The translations under genes were made by a program, and so were the position numbers. A DNA stretch of 64,000 nucleotides. Source: an uncultured Gammaproteobacteria bacterium (GTDB lineage: Bacteria > Patescibacteriota > Microgenomatia > JALYQM01). Positions 29,064 through 39,144 of this stretch are shown one piece after another. The notes under the pieces were generated by a model. That model searched no databases, was not told the origin of the DNA, and was given only the letters and a program-made list of their open reading frames with translations. The stretch spans positions 65,186 through 129,185 of the forward strand of contig CAZHTP010000003.1 of the NCBI GenBank assembly GCA_964535655.1, given 5' to 3'. Every line of letters begins with the position of its first letter. The first letter of the stretch is position 1.

Positions 29064-30340
29064 AACCCTCGCTCCTTACGATACCCGTCCCAAAATATTT
29101 CACGCCTTGGTAGTTTTTTTATATCTTCAGGATTTGCTAGGAGATGTTGGATAAATCCATCAAAAACAAGCGACTGTGATGCTTTAAAAAGAATGGTCTC
29201 ATTTCCATGCAGACTTGCCTGCAGATATTTGAGTAATTCAGCATGGCTCGAAAAAGCGCGCGTTTTATTTGTATCGATACACAGTTTTTGAAGTTTTGGG
29301 TAGGTATACTTTACGACCCAAGGCCCAAGCAAAAGAATCTTATCCAGATTCATTTCCGCGAGTTTCTCTGCCAGTTTTTCATGCTCTTCTTGAGTTTCTT
29401 TACCCAACTCTTTCATATCCCCCAGAACAGCCCATTTTTTGTCTACCTTTAAACTCTCATACATATTAAGCATCACGAACATTGAAGCAAGATTCGCGTT
29501 GTATGAACTATCAATGAGTGTGGTATTTTTGACGCCTTTATACATAGAAGAACGAGCGGTAGGAATTTCTAAATGCGAGAAATGATAATCTGGATTAATA
29601 TTCAGAAACTGTGCTAATTCCATTGTCTCGGCAATTGTTAAGTATATTTCCCTTGGTTGCAAAGTATTGAATTCATATATGGCTTCTTGTATTTCGAAAG
29701 TAGTTCCTGAGGATGTAAGGGCGTGTGACTGGAGATATTCAGCCTCTTTGATCTGAATTACTTGTGCGTTACTATTTTTCACTTGCGTTTTCATAAGCTT
29801 TGAATCGCCGTTAATTATCACCAGTTTCTTAGTATTTCGTATAAAATATCCGAATTCATGAGCAATAGCATCTTCTACTGTTTTAAACTGCCCTGAATCG
29901 ACTAAGTTATCAAAATTTTCACTGTGAGTTCGTGAAACGCTAATCCATAACGTTACATCAGGCTTTAAAAACTCGGCAAGGAACTTCCCTTCTCCAGGCC
30001 GATCGCAGTCACATTCTGCTACATATATTTTTTGAGATGGAGGATTGGTAAAGGCTTTAAAAGGTGCTGATAAAATTAACCCCGGCCATTCGCTGCTGTT
30101 AAGTGTTTTTCTCTCCAGACCAAGGATATCAAACGGTATTCCAAGAGCTGAATTGGCATGATGGGAATATTTAGCGACTTGCAGCAACTGTGACTCAATA
30201 AAATGCATTAATGTAGTTTTTCCTGACGAACCAGTTACTACAACGACTTGCGGGTTCCATCGGGATAATCTTATTTGGGCGAAGAAGCGAAAATACCACG
30301 CTACAATAAAATATAATCGTTTTTTAAGTTCATCGATCAT
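29060..30340 (-). CDS. murF: UDP-MurNAc-tripeptide--D-Ala-D-Ala ligase
   Basis: VTGSSGKTT, IDSSYNAN, VLGDMKELG and LFKASQ; overlaps ddl (ATGA-type). Confidence 0.85.
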   Translation of the reverse strand: MIDELKKRLYFIVAWYFRFFAQIRLSRWNPQVVVVTGSSGKTTLMHFIESQLLQVAKYSHHANSALGIPFDILGLERKTLNSSEWPGLILSAPFKAFTNPPSQKIYVAECDCDRPGEGKFLAEFLKPDVTLWISVSRTHSENFDNLVDSGQFKTVEDAIAHEFGYFIRNTKKLVIINGDSKLMKTQVKNSNAQVIQIKEAEYLQSHALTSSGTTFEIQEAIYEFNTLQPREIYLTIAETMELAQFLNINPDYHFSHLEIPTARSSMYKGVKNTTLIDSSYNANLASMFVMLNMYESLKVDKKWAVLGDMKELGKETQEEHEKLAEKLAEMNLDKILLLGPWVVKYTYPKLQKLCIDTNKTRAFSSHAELLKYLQASLHGNETILFKASQSLVFDGFIQHLLANPEDIKKLPRREIFWDGYRKERGL

Positions 30341-30376
30341 GATGCCATTTTACCATTTTTTCATTGTCGATGCAGG

Positions 30377-30922
30377 TTACTTTTGACTCGGAGTATTTGA
30401 CGTATATGCTTTGTATAAACTCCAGCTCGCTAGTGTTCCGCTATCAGAGATTTCTCCCTGTGCGATCATCTCATCAATTTCCTTCTGGGTAAACCAAAAA
30501 ATCTCGATTATTTCTTCAGTATCGCCAGGCAAGAACTTTCCTACAAGATCTTTAGCGATATAGACCTCGGTCTTTGCATCCGAACGACGAGGATGCGCAT
30601 AGTAAAATCCTATTTTAACTAGATTATTTGCATGTAGCCCAGTTTCTTCAGTTAATTCGCGCAGTGCACCTGCTTTGCTTTCTTCTCCGTGTGGAACTAC
30701 ACCACCAGGGAATTGATACAGACTGTTGTTTAAAGGGTACGTGTATTCTTTTTGAAGAAGTATTTTCTCATCCTCTTGAACAGGAATTATTGCGGCAGCA
30801 TTTCCAGGGAATTCAATTCTTAAATATGTTGATTCTTCGCCGTTATGGAGCGTAATATCGTCTTCAATAATATTCATTCGTTTATGAGTAAACAATTTTT
30901 TAGAACCTTTTTTTTGCCACAT
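30377..30922 (-). CDS. NUDIX hydrolase (ADP-ribose pyrophosphatase-like)
   Basis: Nudix box GG...GEE...GALRELTEETG. Confidence 0.9.
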   Translation of the reverse strand: MWQKKGSKKLFTHKRMNIIEDDITLHNGEESTYLRIEFPGNAAAIIPVQEDEKILLQKEYTYPLNNSLYQFPGGVVPHGEESKAGALRELTEETGLHANNLVKIGFYYAHPRRSDAKTEVYIAKDLVGKFLPGDTEEIIEIFWFTQKEIDEMIAQGEISDSGTLASWSLYKAYTSNTPSQK

Positions 30923-31320
30923 TATCTATCCTTTTTTCGGTATACCAATTTTAATCCAGACCAGACTTCATCAATTGCTGCGACTTTTACATCTACTAAG
31001 CCTTCCTCAAGTGCAAATTCCCGAATATCGTTTTCGTCGAGGTCTGTTTCTACTTTGCTGGCCTTTTTAGGCCATGAGACCCAGATCATACCATCTTTTT
31101 TTATTTGAGACTTACATTGTTTAAGACGCTTTTGATAATCACTCTTTTTATTCGTAAATATTTGAATAAAATCGATGTCGCCAACGCGCTCTGATACTTC
31201 AACGGCATGGGTGGGGCCTAACAAATTACGATACCCCGTTGGCGCGTTACAGAACATAATTCGATCGCCGGGGTTAATGCCTAATTTCTTAACTAGTGGG
31301 GTATTCGAATATCCGGACAT
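30922..31320 (-). CDS. DUF3052-like protein
   Basis: MSGYSNTPLVKKLGI, WVSWPKK and GLVDVKVAAIDEVWSGLK; SD AGGGAG. Confidence 0.8.
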   Translation of the reverse strand: MSGYSNTPLVKKLGINPGDRIMFCNAPTGYRNLLGPTHAVEVSERVGDIDFIQIFTNKKSDYQKRLKQCKSQIKKDGMIWVSWPKKASKVETDLDENDIREFALEEGLVDVKVAAIDEVWSGLKLVYRKKDR

Positions 31321-31321
31321 A

Positions 31322-33187
31322 TTATTCTCCCTTATATAATAAGATAAACCTTCGTCCATCTTTTTTTTGGAGGGCTATAACACCAGTCGGCTCAAAATGA
31401 GGGGAATTTTGAGGAAGTTGTTTAATAGACACTGCTTTATAGCTTATAATTTTTTGTAACTCTTCTTTATTATAGTACTCCTTAGCAAATCCGATAGGAG
31501 AGTCCCAATCTGGTGGACTATTTTCAAGATATTTTTTAATTACGCGAAAGCGTTTTATATTTGTAAGCTCACCTACTTGATAAACAAGTTCGTTCTCATT
31601 TTCAATTTTATCAGCTCTGATAAATATGAATGGCTGGATATGAGCTTTTGGATCCTCAGAGATTTTCGTTTCAATAGTATCACTCGGGCTATAATGAGGA
31701 AGAATAATTTCCCAGTTCCACATTACTTTCCATCTATTATTAATTCGCACCAGTTTAATGCTTTTTTCGTGGCTTAATTCTCCAAGCGGTGTTTTGTGCA
31801 CTATCGTGTTTTTTAGCGTCGCAAAGTTCTGCCAAGGGAAGACAAATGGAGTGTTTACCGCTACTTTTTTGCCTATAGATTGTAAGGATTTATCTACTTC
31901 CAGTAATTCCCGCCAAAATAAATCTCGATTGGTTTGTGCTTGTGATTTTGAATCTAGCATTCCATATACTTCTTGATATGTACGATTTTGCATATTCAGC
32001 TGAAAATTGGTGGCTAATTCAGTTGGCTGAGGAAAGAGCAGATTAATTGCTTGCAAGATTACACATAGCGAAATTATTCCAATAGCCGGCCTAATATATT
32101 TTGTCTGAGGGAGATGCTTGCCCGCAAGTAATAATATAAATGGTACTACAAGTACTAAGTAGCGTGGCCAGAAGGTAATGAGCGATAATAAGAGCAGAGA
32201 TAAGCCCAAATATAGTAAAAGAAAGTTGGAGAAATAGTCTGTTTTACTCTGTAATTTAATTTTTTTGTAGAGCTGATATATGAATATGCCTAAACCCGTA
32301 GGCATTATAATTGACCACTCCGGGCTACTCTCCAAACCTGAATTCCACCACCCTTTATAGAGTGAGGTGGTCATTGTTAGCATTACCATGAACGGGACAA
32401 ACCCTGTATTCGAGTTGCGGTAAAAATTTATTATCCATTTTTGAGCTGCTATCCATTGAGCAATGGAACCTCCTTGAATAAAAAACTGGAGATTAGTAAA
32501 AAAATAGACTATTGGAATAGCACAAAGGATTGGTGCCAGCAGGATAACTTTTTTGTTTTTATGTAAGATATACCCATCAGCAATTAGAATTGGAATAATA
32601 AAAAGACCTATTTTTATTGATACAAAGCACCCAGCGCTAATACCGGCAGCTACTGCTAGTAAACATGCAGACTTTCGCGAATTTGCTGAAAGCGCTTTAA
32701 ATACAAATAAGACATGGGCTAAAAGCATACACATTTGAGGTAAGTCGAGTGTGGCGCGATAACTATTAGCTATTATTTGAGGAGTTAGCGCAAAAAGTAT
32801 GGTGATAAGATAGCGTCTATTTTGATTGGTAAAAAAGAAGCCTGTTAGTAGATAAAAGAAAATTATTGAAAAGATAACAAACGGTATTTCGTAAATTGAT
32901 GAATTATGGAAATATTTTATGGATATGCCTATTAAATATTTTCCAAGGGGAGGAACTTCGGGGGCAACATCATAGAGCTTCCCCCCGTTAATTAGTCGAT
33001 ACCCAGCAACTTCATAATTTCCATCATCTCCAATTGTTCGAATGCTATCGGGCACCCGCCACTGCGAATGATCATATAAATCATTCATGTACAGCGCCTC
33101 GAACTGGCTCAGAAAATAAGCCCGAAAGGCCCAAGCGTACAAAATAAGTAAACATGCGAGGATAGAATAAAATATTTTACTACTCAT
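31322..33187 (-). CDS. GT-C/PMT-like membrane glycosyltransferase with C-terminal NTF2 (MecA_N)-like domain
   Basis: EVPPLGKYLIG, LD, KIG and PRY motifs in a multi-TM region. The soluble C-terminus reads Y..VYGMLD..SQ...LGE...WKVMW. Confidence 0.65.
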   Translation of the reverse strand: MSSKIFYSILACLLILYAWAFRAYFLSQFEALYMNDLYDHSQWRVPDSIRTIGDDGNYEVAGYRLINGGKLYDVAPEVPPLGKYLIGISIKYFHNSSIYEIPFVIFSIIFFYLLTGFFFTNQNRRYLITILFALTPQIIANSYRATLDLPQMCMLLAHVLFVFKALSANSRKSACLLAVAAGISAGCFVSIKIGLFIIPILIADGYILHKNKKVILLAPILCAIPIVYFFTNLQFFIQGGSIAQWIAAQKWIINFYRNSNTGFVPFMVMLTMTTSLYKGWWNSGLESSPEWSIIMPTGLGIFIYQLYKKIKLQSKTDYFSNFLLLYLGLSLLLLSLITFWPRYLVLVVPFILLLAGKHLPQTKYIRPAIGIISLCVILQAINLLFPQPTELATNFQLNMQNRTYQEVYGMLDSKSQAQTNRDLFWRELLEVDKSLQSIGKKVAVNTPFVFPWQNFATLKNTIVHKTPLGELSHEKSIKLVRINNRWKVMWNWEIILPHYSPSDTIETKISEDPKAHIQPFIFIRADKIENENELVYQVGELTNIKRFRVIKKYLENSPPDWDSPIGFAKEYYNKEELQKIISYKAVSIKQLPQNSPHFEPTGVIALQKKDGRRFILLYKGE

Positions 33188-33218
33188 CTTCTGACATGAC
33201 CATGTGCACCTCCCAAGC

Positions 33219-33713
33219 CTAGAACTTGGAATTCTGCCATTCAATGAAAGTGCATCCGGTTGCTACTCTGTTTACTTTGTCCCATCCGGATGTGCTGCAT
33301 TTTTTAGCCCGTTTCCCCGTAGAGGTTGTAAACATAACTAGTTTGTTTCCACACTGGGGGCATGTCTCATCCAGCTCTTCTGAAGAGCTGTTGTTAATCC
33401 ATTCGATATAATCACAACCTGTGGGAGATTTGGTAGCAGCGTCCCAACCGGATGTGCTACACTTTTTCATCTTTTTACCGAAACGGGTTACCGCTAAGAC
33501 GAGAGGTTCTCCACATTTAGGGCATTTTTCATCTAATTCTTTTGGTTCTGTTTTTAACCATTTAACGTAATCACAGCCTTCGGTTTGGCGCGTTTCACGA
33601 TTCCATTTACCGTTTGAGCATCGTTGTAATTGCCTTTCTGTAGGAGTAGTTTCAACCGGTCCCAGCGGACTTCCGCATTTTGGGCATAATTCATCCGTTA
33701 ATGTATCATTCAT
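33219..33713 (-). CDS. Stand-alone triple topoisomerase-type C4 zinc-ribbon protein
   Basis: Three repeats of CP.CG..L......CS...W......GC.(Y/F)..W. Confidence 0.85.
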   Translation of the reverse strand: MNDTLTDELCPKCGSPLGPVETTPTERQLQRCSNGKWNRETRQTEGCDYVKWLKTEPKELDEKCPKCGEPLVLAVTRFGKKMKKCSTSGWDAATKSPTGCDYIEWINNSSSEELDETCPQCGNKLVMFTTSTGKRAKKCSTSGWDKVNRVATGCTFIEWQNSKF

Positions 33714-33722
33714 AAAAATAAA

Positions 33723-33751
33723 CAGGTGTCAGTTTGCCAGAGTTGCACCTG
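33723..33751 (-). terminator. Stem-loop followed by a T-rich tract, between mltG and the zinc-ribbon gene
   Basis: CAGGTG...CACCTG inverted repeat followed by TTTATTTTT on the minus strand. Confidence 0.45.
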
Positions 33752-33799
33752 CTCTTCTTTCTTTACTTAAATTGTAATTTGATCCTCATGATAAATGGT

Positions 33800-34786
33800 T
33801 TAGAGATACTTTGCAATATTGCGCTGATGTTCTTCGAACGTACGAGCGTAGTAAGCAGTCCCGTTTGAATCATGTAAATAGAAGTAGTAATTATTTTTTT
33901 GAGGTGAAATTGCCGCTGCCAAGGCGCTGTTGCCTGGATTACAAATTGGTGTTGGAGGTAATCCTTTGTTTAAATAGGTATTATAGGGAGAATTTACTTC
34001 TTTATCGGCAGGAGTTGGCGATTTCCACCACCCTGCGGTTGAGTTCCCCACTGCGTATTGTAGAGTTGCATCAACTTGAAGTAATCCTGCTGTTTCTCCT
34101 GCTGTTTTTAGGCGATTTTCAATAATTCCTGCTATAGCCGGCCGATCCGTATCGTTTAGACCTTCCCGCTCGAGTAACGAAGCAATAATAATTGTTCTCT
34201 TTTTACTGTCAATGTCGGTTGGACCACGCAAACTGGCGTACTGTTTTTCAAACTGCTCATGCAAAACATTGATCACCTCATCGGCTGTTGCGGTTTTATG
34301 AAATTCATAGGTATCTGGGAAAAGCGTGCCCTGGCGCGGTCTTGCCAGTTCAAGAAATTTTTTACTATCGTATTGTTCGCCGAGAACTTTTTTTAACTGC
34401 GCATCCATTTCTTCGACCCGCCAACCTTCGTTAAAACGAATTTTGACATCTTGGATGCCAAGAGATAGTTCATGTAAGATTTCTTCAAAATTCATGGCCT
34501 GAGAAAATTGATGTTTACCTGCTTGAACGACTACTTCATCGCCGGAAATTTTTGTCCAGACGCGAAAAGCAAAAGCATTACGAATTAATTTTTGTTCTTC
34601 TAGGTTTTGCGCTACTTCAGCAAAAGATGAACCTGCTGGAACAATTATTTCCTGTTTTGTATTATTATCTGATACTGGTTTGACATTTGAACTATACCAC
34701 CACCAGGCACCACCTAGCGCTAGTGCAGTTACTAGAAAAAATGCACCTAGTGCTACAAATAACGTTTCTTCAATAAGTCTTTTCAT
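33800..34786 (-). CDS. mltG: Endolytic transglycosylase MltG (YceG)
   Basis: N-terminal TM, EGWR, LFPDTY, ASLLERE, LQVDAT, SPYNTY..GLPPTPICNPG. Confidence 0.95.
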   Translation of the reverse strand: MKRLIEETLFVALGAFFLVTALALGGAWWWYSSNVKPVSDNNTKQEIIVPAGSSFAEVAQNLEEQKLIRNAFAFRVWTKISGDEVVVQAGKHQFSQAMNFEEILHELSLGIQDVKIRFNEGWRVEEMDAQLKKVLGEQYDSKKFLELARPRQGTLFPDTYEFHKTATADEVINVLHEQFEKQYASLRGPTDIDSKKRTIIIASLLEREGLNDTDRPAIAGIIENRLKTAGETAGLLQVDATLQYAVGNSTAGWWKSPTPADKEVNSPYNTYLNKGLPPTPICNPGNSALAAAISPQKNNYYFYLHDSNGTAYYARTFEEHQRNIAKYL

Positions 34787-34836
34787 AGCTTGATTATGGT
34801 AGCAGAATTATTAGTGAGGATGCAAGGCTTTTGAGT

Positions 34837-37239
34837 TTAGCGTACGCCTCGCTTGACTTCAATGTTTTTCTCAAGATGAGGTAAGGTTAGAAGCGGCCCT
34901 GGAAGATTTACTGAATATTGGAATGACACATCCAGAACTTTATTATTACTTAGAATTGTTTTGCGTGCAGCGTCTTCACTTTTCCCGAGAATGTCTTTAG
35001 CAATTTGTGATTCATCAATTTTTGGAATGATGTTTGCTTTACTGGTTGCAGTAAGCGTAAGCTTTCCTGATTTATCTAAACTTACGAAGTCTGTTTTAAT
35101 ATCTTTGCTATTATCTTTAAATTCGTATCCTTGCGGAACCGCTGCTGTCTGAATGTTGGCGAGTACTGTTTCAACATCGGATTTTTTAATTAAATATCCA
35201 TCGACTTTCATGGTGATATTATCAGAAATGGTGTCGCTTTCGTCATTTACATTTTTGTTAAATTTTTCAAGCGTTTGGCTTACTTGCCATGCCTTGTCCA
35301 GTAAAATACTATCTTCAGGAACTTTAGCGCGAAGTTCTGCTGGAATTTTGAGCTCCATATCTGACTTCAAATCTCGTGAAAGATTAGTGCGATCTGCCAG
35401 CGCCACAACACGGATATCCTTTTTAGAGCCCCCGGTAAACGCGTCAATTGCGATTGCTTCAAAATCATCTTTAGTAAATCCCGTTACCGTTAAAGAGGTG
35501 TCTTTAGCAATATTACCTTCTGCCCCAATATCCGACGCTGTTACATGAACTGATGATTTTCCGTTTGTTTTGGTTTCCCCACTTGCAGTAGTAGTTGCAC
35601 TTGCTGAAGCAACTGTTACACTTTCGGAAGTTACGAATTTGAGATTTCCTGATCGAAGTTCAGTGTTGGCACCGAACGTTTTATCTGAGCCTGTTTTGTT
35701 GTACAAAAACACCTGTCCTTTTGCTACTTGCCCGGTTGGTCGCTTCCCGGTAGTGTCGACCTGACGTGTGTCTTTTAGCTCAATAGAGATCTTTTGAGCC
35801 GGCATTGTATTATCTGAAGTAGAAACTGTAGCCTTTTCGAGTGCTGCAATCGTAACCTGCTTTTCTAGAACATCGGGTTTGACATACACCATTACTGTTG
35901 CTTTAGGGATATTCCATAATGCCCACCCCGCGACGCTTCCTCCTCCTAATAAAACCACAAATATTACAACGATAACTGTAATAAGCTGCGATGACTTTCT
36001 TCCTTGCGAGTAAGGAAACTTTAAAGATGGAAGGGCAAATTTCTTTTTTTCCTTAATTGGTTTTTGCCAGGGTTTTTCTGTTGTTTCTTCGGCATGCTGC
36101 GCTTCATCCTGCCAATTATGTACCGTTATTTCTTCAGTTTCGGCAACTGGGTCTTGCTGTATTTCAATTACTTGTTCAGGTTGTTCGTAGTGTTTTTCAA
36201 GATCCTCAGCGTGTTTTGGCAATACTTCATGTCCGGCAACATCTTTATCTTTTACAAAGCCAAAAGGTGCAGTATCGAGGGAAGCCGGGGCAGCGACCCC
36301 AACTGTCCCTACCGAAAGCAACTCTGTACCCTTTCGATCCGAGACTATTACTGGCACTGCGTGGACTTCAGGAGCAATGGCTGCTGAATTAAGCTCCTGA
36401 TATTCCAATGACTTAATAATTAATCTTCCCTGAATGCCATGTTGCCTGGCATAGTCTTTTGCAGCAATTAGAGATACCGCCAGCGAATCTACATGTTCTT
36501 CAAGAACTACTACTTTTGGTGCATGTAGGAAAGTTGGTGCGCCTTGAGAGCTAGCACTTTGCTCTCCGACGGTCCAAGCATATTTTGCAAGTTCATTGCT
36601 GGCCGCCGACAAGTCGCCATAGCCATATAAACATATACTTGCTGGAAAGGAGTTAAACGATTTAAACTGAGTAAGTCCGCGGTCAATATTTTTTCCTAAA
36701 CTTTCGCCTGTCCAGGAAATATAATGACTTTCTTTGATTTTGCCGTTTTCAACAAAAGAGATATTCCCACCCTCACGGGAACTTCCAATCATTAATGTGG
36801 TTGGTGGAGTTTTGTGTAAATATTGCAAATAATAGGAAATGGCGTGTGGAATCGATACATAGGCTATTGAAACCAGATCTAAATCTTTAGCCAGCTTTTC
36901 CATAAGATCATCATACTCCGGCAAAAGTTCTTCATTGATAATCCAACTCTGTGGCAAGCCAAACATTGTTTTTTTTACGTCTACTTCGGCTACAGTGCAC
37001 GCGATATCTATTGCGTCAGCTGCTTTTTCGAGTAGAATTCGATAGTCAACATTTTTTTCTTTTCCTGAGTCTGAATATGATTTTGTACCGACGCCTAAAA
37101 TATCTATGGCGTTTTCTTTAAGCTCCCAAATAGTTGCCTTTACGACTCCAGCCGATATAGAAAGAGCAAGCATTGGCTCCGGATCTGATGAATTTACTGC
37201 CTCTTCTTTTTGAAAGAGTTTGCCGATAATTTGCTTCAT
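34837..37239 (-). CDS. Bitopic protein: FtsA/PilM-like N-terminal region, TM, then baseplate-J-like C-terminal domain
   Basis: N-terminal LALSI...VKA.IW..FGLP..W; single TM; C-terminal TTGK...AKG.V..YN..G..GNI pattern. Confidence 0.6.
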   Translation of the reverse strand: MKQIIGKLFQKEEAVNSSDPEPMLALSISAGVVKATIWELKENAIDILGVGTKSYSDSGKEKNVDYRILLEKAADAIDIACTVAEVDVKKTMFGLPQSWIINEELLPEYDDLMEKLAKDLDLVSIAYVSIPHAISYYLQYLHKTPPTTLMIGSSREGGNISFVENGKIKESHYISWTGESLGKNIDRGLTQFKSFNSFPASICLYGYGDLSAASNELAKYAWTVGEQSASSQGAPTFLHAPKVVVLEEHVDSLAVSLIAAKDYARQHGIQGRLIIKSLEYQELNSAAIAPEVHAVPVIVSDRKGTELLSVGTVGVAAPASLDTAPFGFVKDKDVAGHEVLPKHAEDLEKHYEQPEQVIEIQQDPVAETEEITVHNWQDEAQHAEETTEKPWQKPIKEKKKFALPSLKFPYSQGRKSSQLITVIVVIFVVLLGGGSVAGWALWNIPKATVMVYVKPDVLEKQVTIAALEKATVSTSDNTMPAQKISIELKDTRQVDTTGKRPTGQVAKGQVFLYNKTGSDKTFGANTELRSGNLKFVTSESVTVASASATTTASGETKTNGKSSVHVTASDIGAEGNIAKDTSLTVTGFTKDDFEAIAIDAFTGGSKKDIRVVALADRTNLSRDLKSDMELKIPAELRAKVPEDSILLDKAWQVSQTLEKFNKNVNDESDTISDNITMKVDGYLIKKSDVETVLANIQTAAVPQGYEFKDNSKDIKTDFVSLDKSGKLTLTATSKANIIPKIDESQIAKDILGKSEDAARKTILSNNKVLDVSFQYSVNLPGPLLTLPHLEKNIEVKRGVR

Positions 37240-37294
37240 TAGAATAAATATAGATGAAGTGTCGCAAAAGTGCAAATTGATATACTGTTCTGGT

Positions 37295-39144
37295 ATGGAT
37301 CAAATTACTAAAGACAATTTACGCATGGATGCTGAAAAACATGTTCGTACTGTTCAACGTCACATTGACGCAGAACGGGATGGCCTGGAAAAGGAATTAA
37401 CACGTCTTGATGTAATTATTAAGGGCGCTGAAAAAGGCTCTCATGATGAAGAGAATGTAGATATAGAGAAGATCTTGAGTTACGAAAAAAAAGGTCGTAG
37501 CGAAGAACTACTTAAGCTGAGTAGGTCACCGTATTTTTCCCGTTGTGTAGTCAAATTTGATCGAGACAAAGAGGCAAAAACGGTATATTTTGGCAGATTC
37601 CCTTATTTCCCTGATTCAATATATTCTTGGGTTACTCCCATTGCTAAATTGCGATACGAAGAGCCGGGGGCTTTCTCGTTGAAATCTCAAGAAGATGAAT
37701 TTGATATACCTGGTACGCTTCTTTCAAAGGATCAGTACATGATCGTTGACGGACATGTGGTTTTATGGCGGTTGAATCTATTGATCATGCGCGTGAACTT
37801 GTATACCAGGAACGCTTATCTCGTAAGAAATCTGACTTTTCTCTTCCAGAAATTGTTGAACAGATGGAGAAAGCTCAGGATGAAGTTATCCGCGCCCACT
37901 GGAAAGGCTCTTTTCTTATCTCTGGCCCTGCTGGATCAGGAAAGACAACTTTGGCTTTGCACCGAGTAGCGTATCTAACGCAAGCTCCTGAGACAGATCA
38001 CTTATTCCCTACTCAAAAAATTATTATATTTGTGCAAGATTCCTCAACAAAGAATTACTTTTCAAAACTACTGCCTGAACTTGGTATTAATAAAGTTGCG
38101 ATAACAACGTTTGAAGAATGGATTATAGAAAAGTGTAAGCTTAAAAATGTTCGTTTTACGCAGCGATATGGATTAACTGAAGAAGAAAAAGATCTTTACG
38201 AATTTACAAAAAATAAAGCCCTTAAAAAAATTAAAAAAGGAACACGCTATGAAGATATTTTTGATCTTATGCGTGCAACGTACTCTCCTTCTTTTTCGGT
38301 GCAACAACAAGATCTCCTTAATCGACAAATAACTGGTCGAGCGCTGGATCGATTTGATTTATCTTTATATGCAAAGCACCTTCGACTTCATGATGGTGGA
38401 CTTCTGGGCGACACTACCGAATATGAATACGTTACTCATTTAAAACATAAAAAAACTATTAAAAAAACTCCGATACTCTACTCCCTTATTGTTGTTGATG
38501 AGGCTGAGAACTATCTTGAAGAACAAATTGAGACATTGCTTTCGTGTATAAGTAAAAAAACCGGTGCAGTGCTCTATGTGGGGGACCTTGCCCAACAAAC
38601 GCGCATGTATACGATAAAAAAATGGTCTTCAGTAGGAGAAGAATTTGGTATTGGTCGCAAAGTTGTTTTACAAAAAGTATACCGCAATACAAAACAGATT
38701 CTCGATTATATTAATTCAGTTGGATTTTCAGTAGCTGTTCCAAATGGATTAAAATCCGGTAGTGAAGTTGAAGAATATACTCTAGAGCAGAAAGCGCAGG
38801 AAATTGAGAAAGTTGAAGAGCTTGTAGAAAAGCATACGGATGGAATTGTCGGTGTTTTAGGAAAATCTGAAGAGTATTTACATGGATACCGAAAAATATT
38901 TGAAAGTAATTCGAATGTTCACGTATTAACTATAAACGAAGCTCAAGGTGTTGAATTTGAAACTGTATTTTTAGTTGGCATTGATTCAAATTATTTTGGC
39001 GGACATGATCTTGCAAAAGAAATTAGAGAAGAACGAAAACATGTCGACCATGATCTGCTTTACGTAGCCTTAACCCGTGCGATGTCTAAATTATATGTAT
39101 TTGGGCGAGAACCTCTTAAAAAAGTAGTCGGAAAATTGCGTTAA
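37295..39144 (+). CDS. helD: HelD-like SF1 helicase (RNAP recycling factor), split by a -1 frameshift near 37761-37764
   Basis: Frame 1 has PYFSRC, YFGR and SWVTPIA. Frame 2 has EIVEQMEKAQDEVIR, GPAGSGKTTLALHRVAYL, VVDEAE, GDLAQQ, YRNT, AQGVEF and LYVALTRA. Confidence 0.75.

Noticed and set aside
33714-33799. Known riboswitch (fluoride or c-di-GMP) in the mltG downstream hairpin
   Set aside because: Only short chance matches such as GGCAAAC are present; the consensus architecture is absent.
34837-37239. Prophage or contractile injection system suggested by the baseplate-J-like domain
   Set aside because: There are no tail, capsid, terminase or integrase genes nearby. The protein has a TM helix and housekeeping neighbours.
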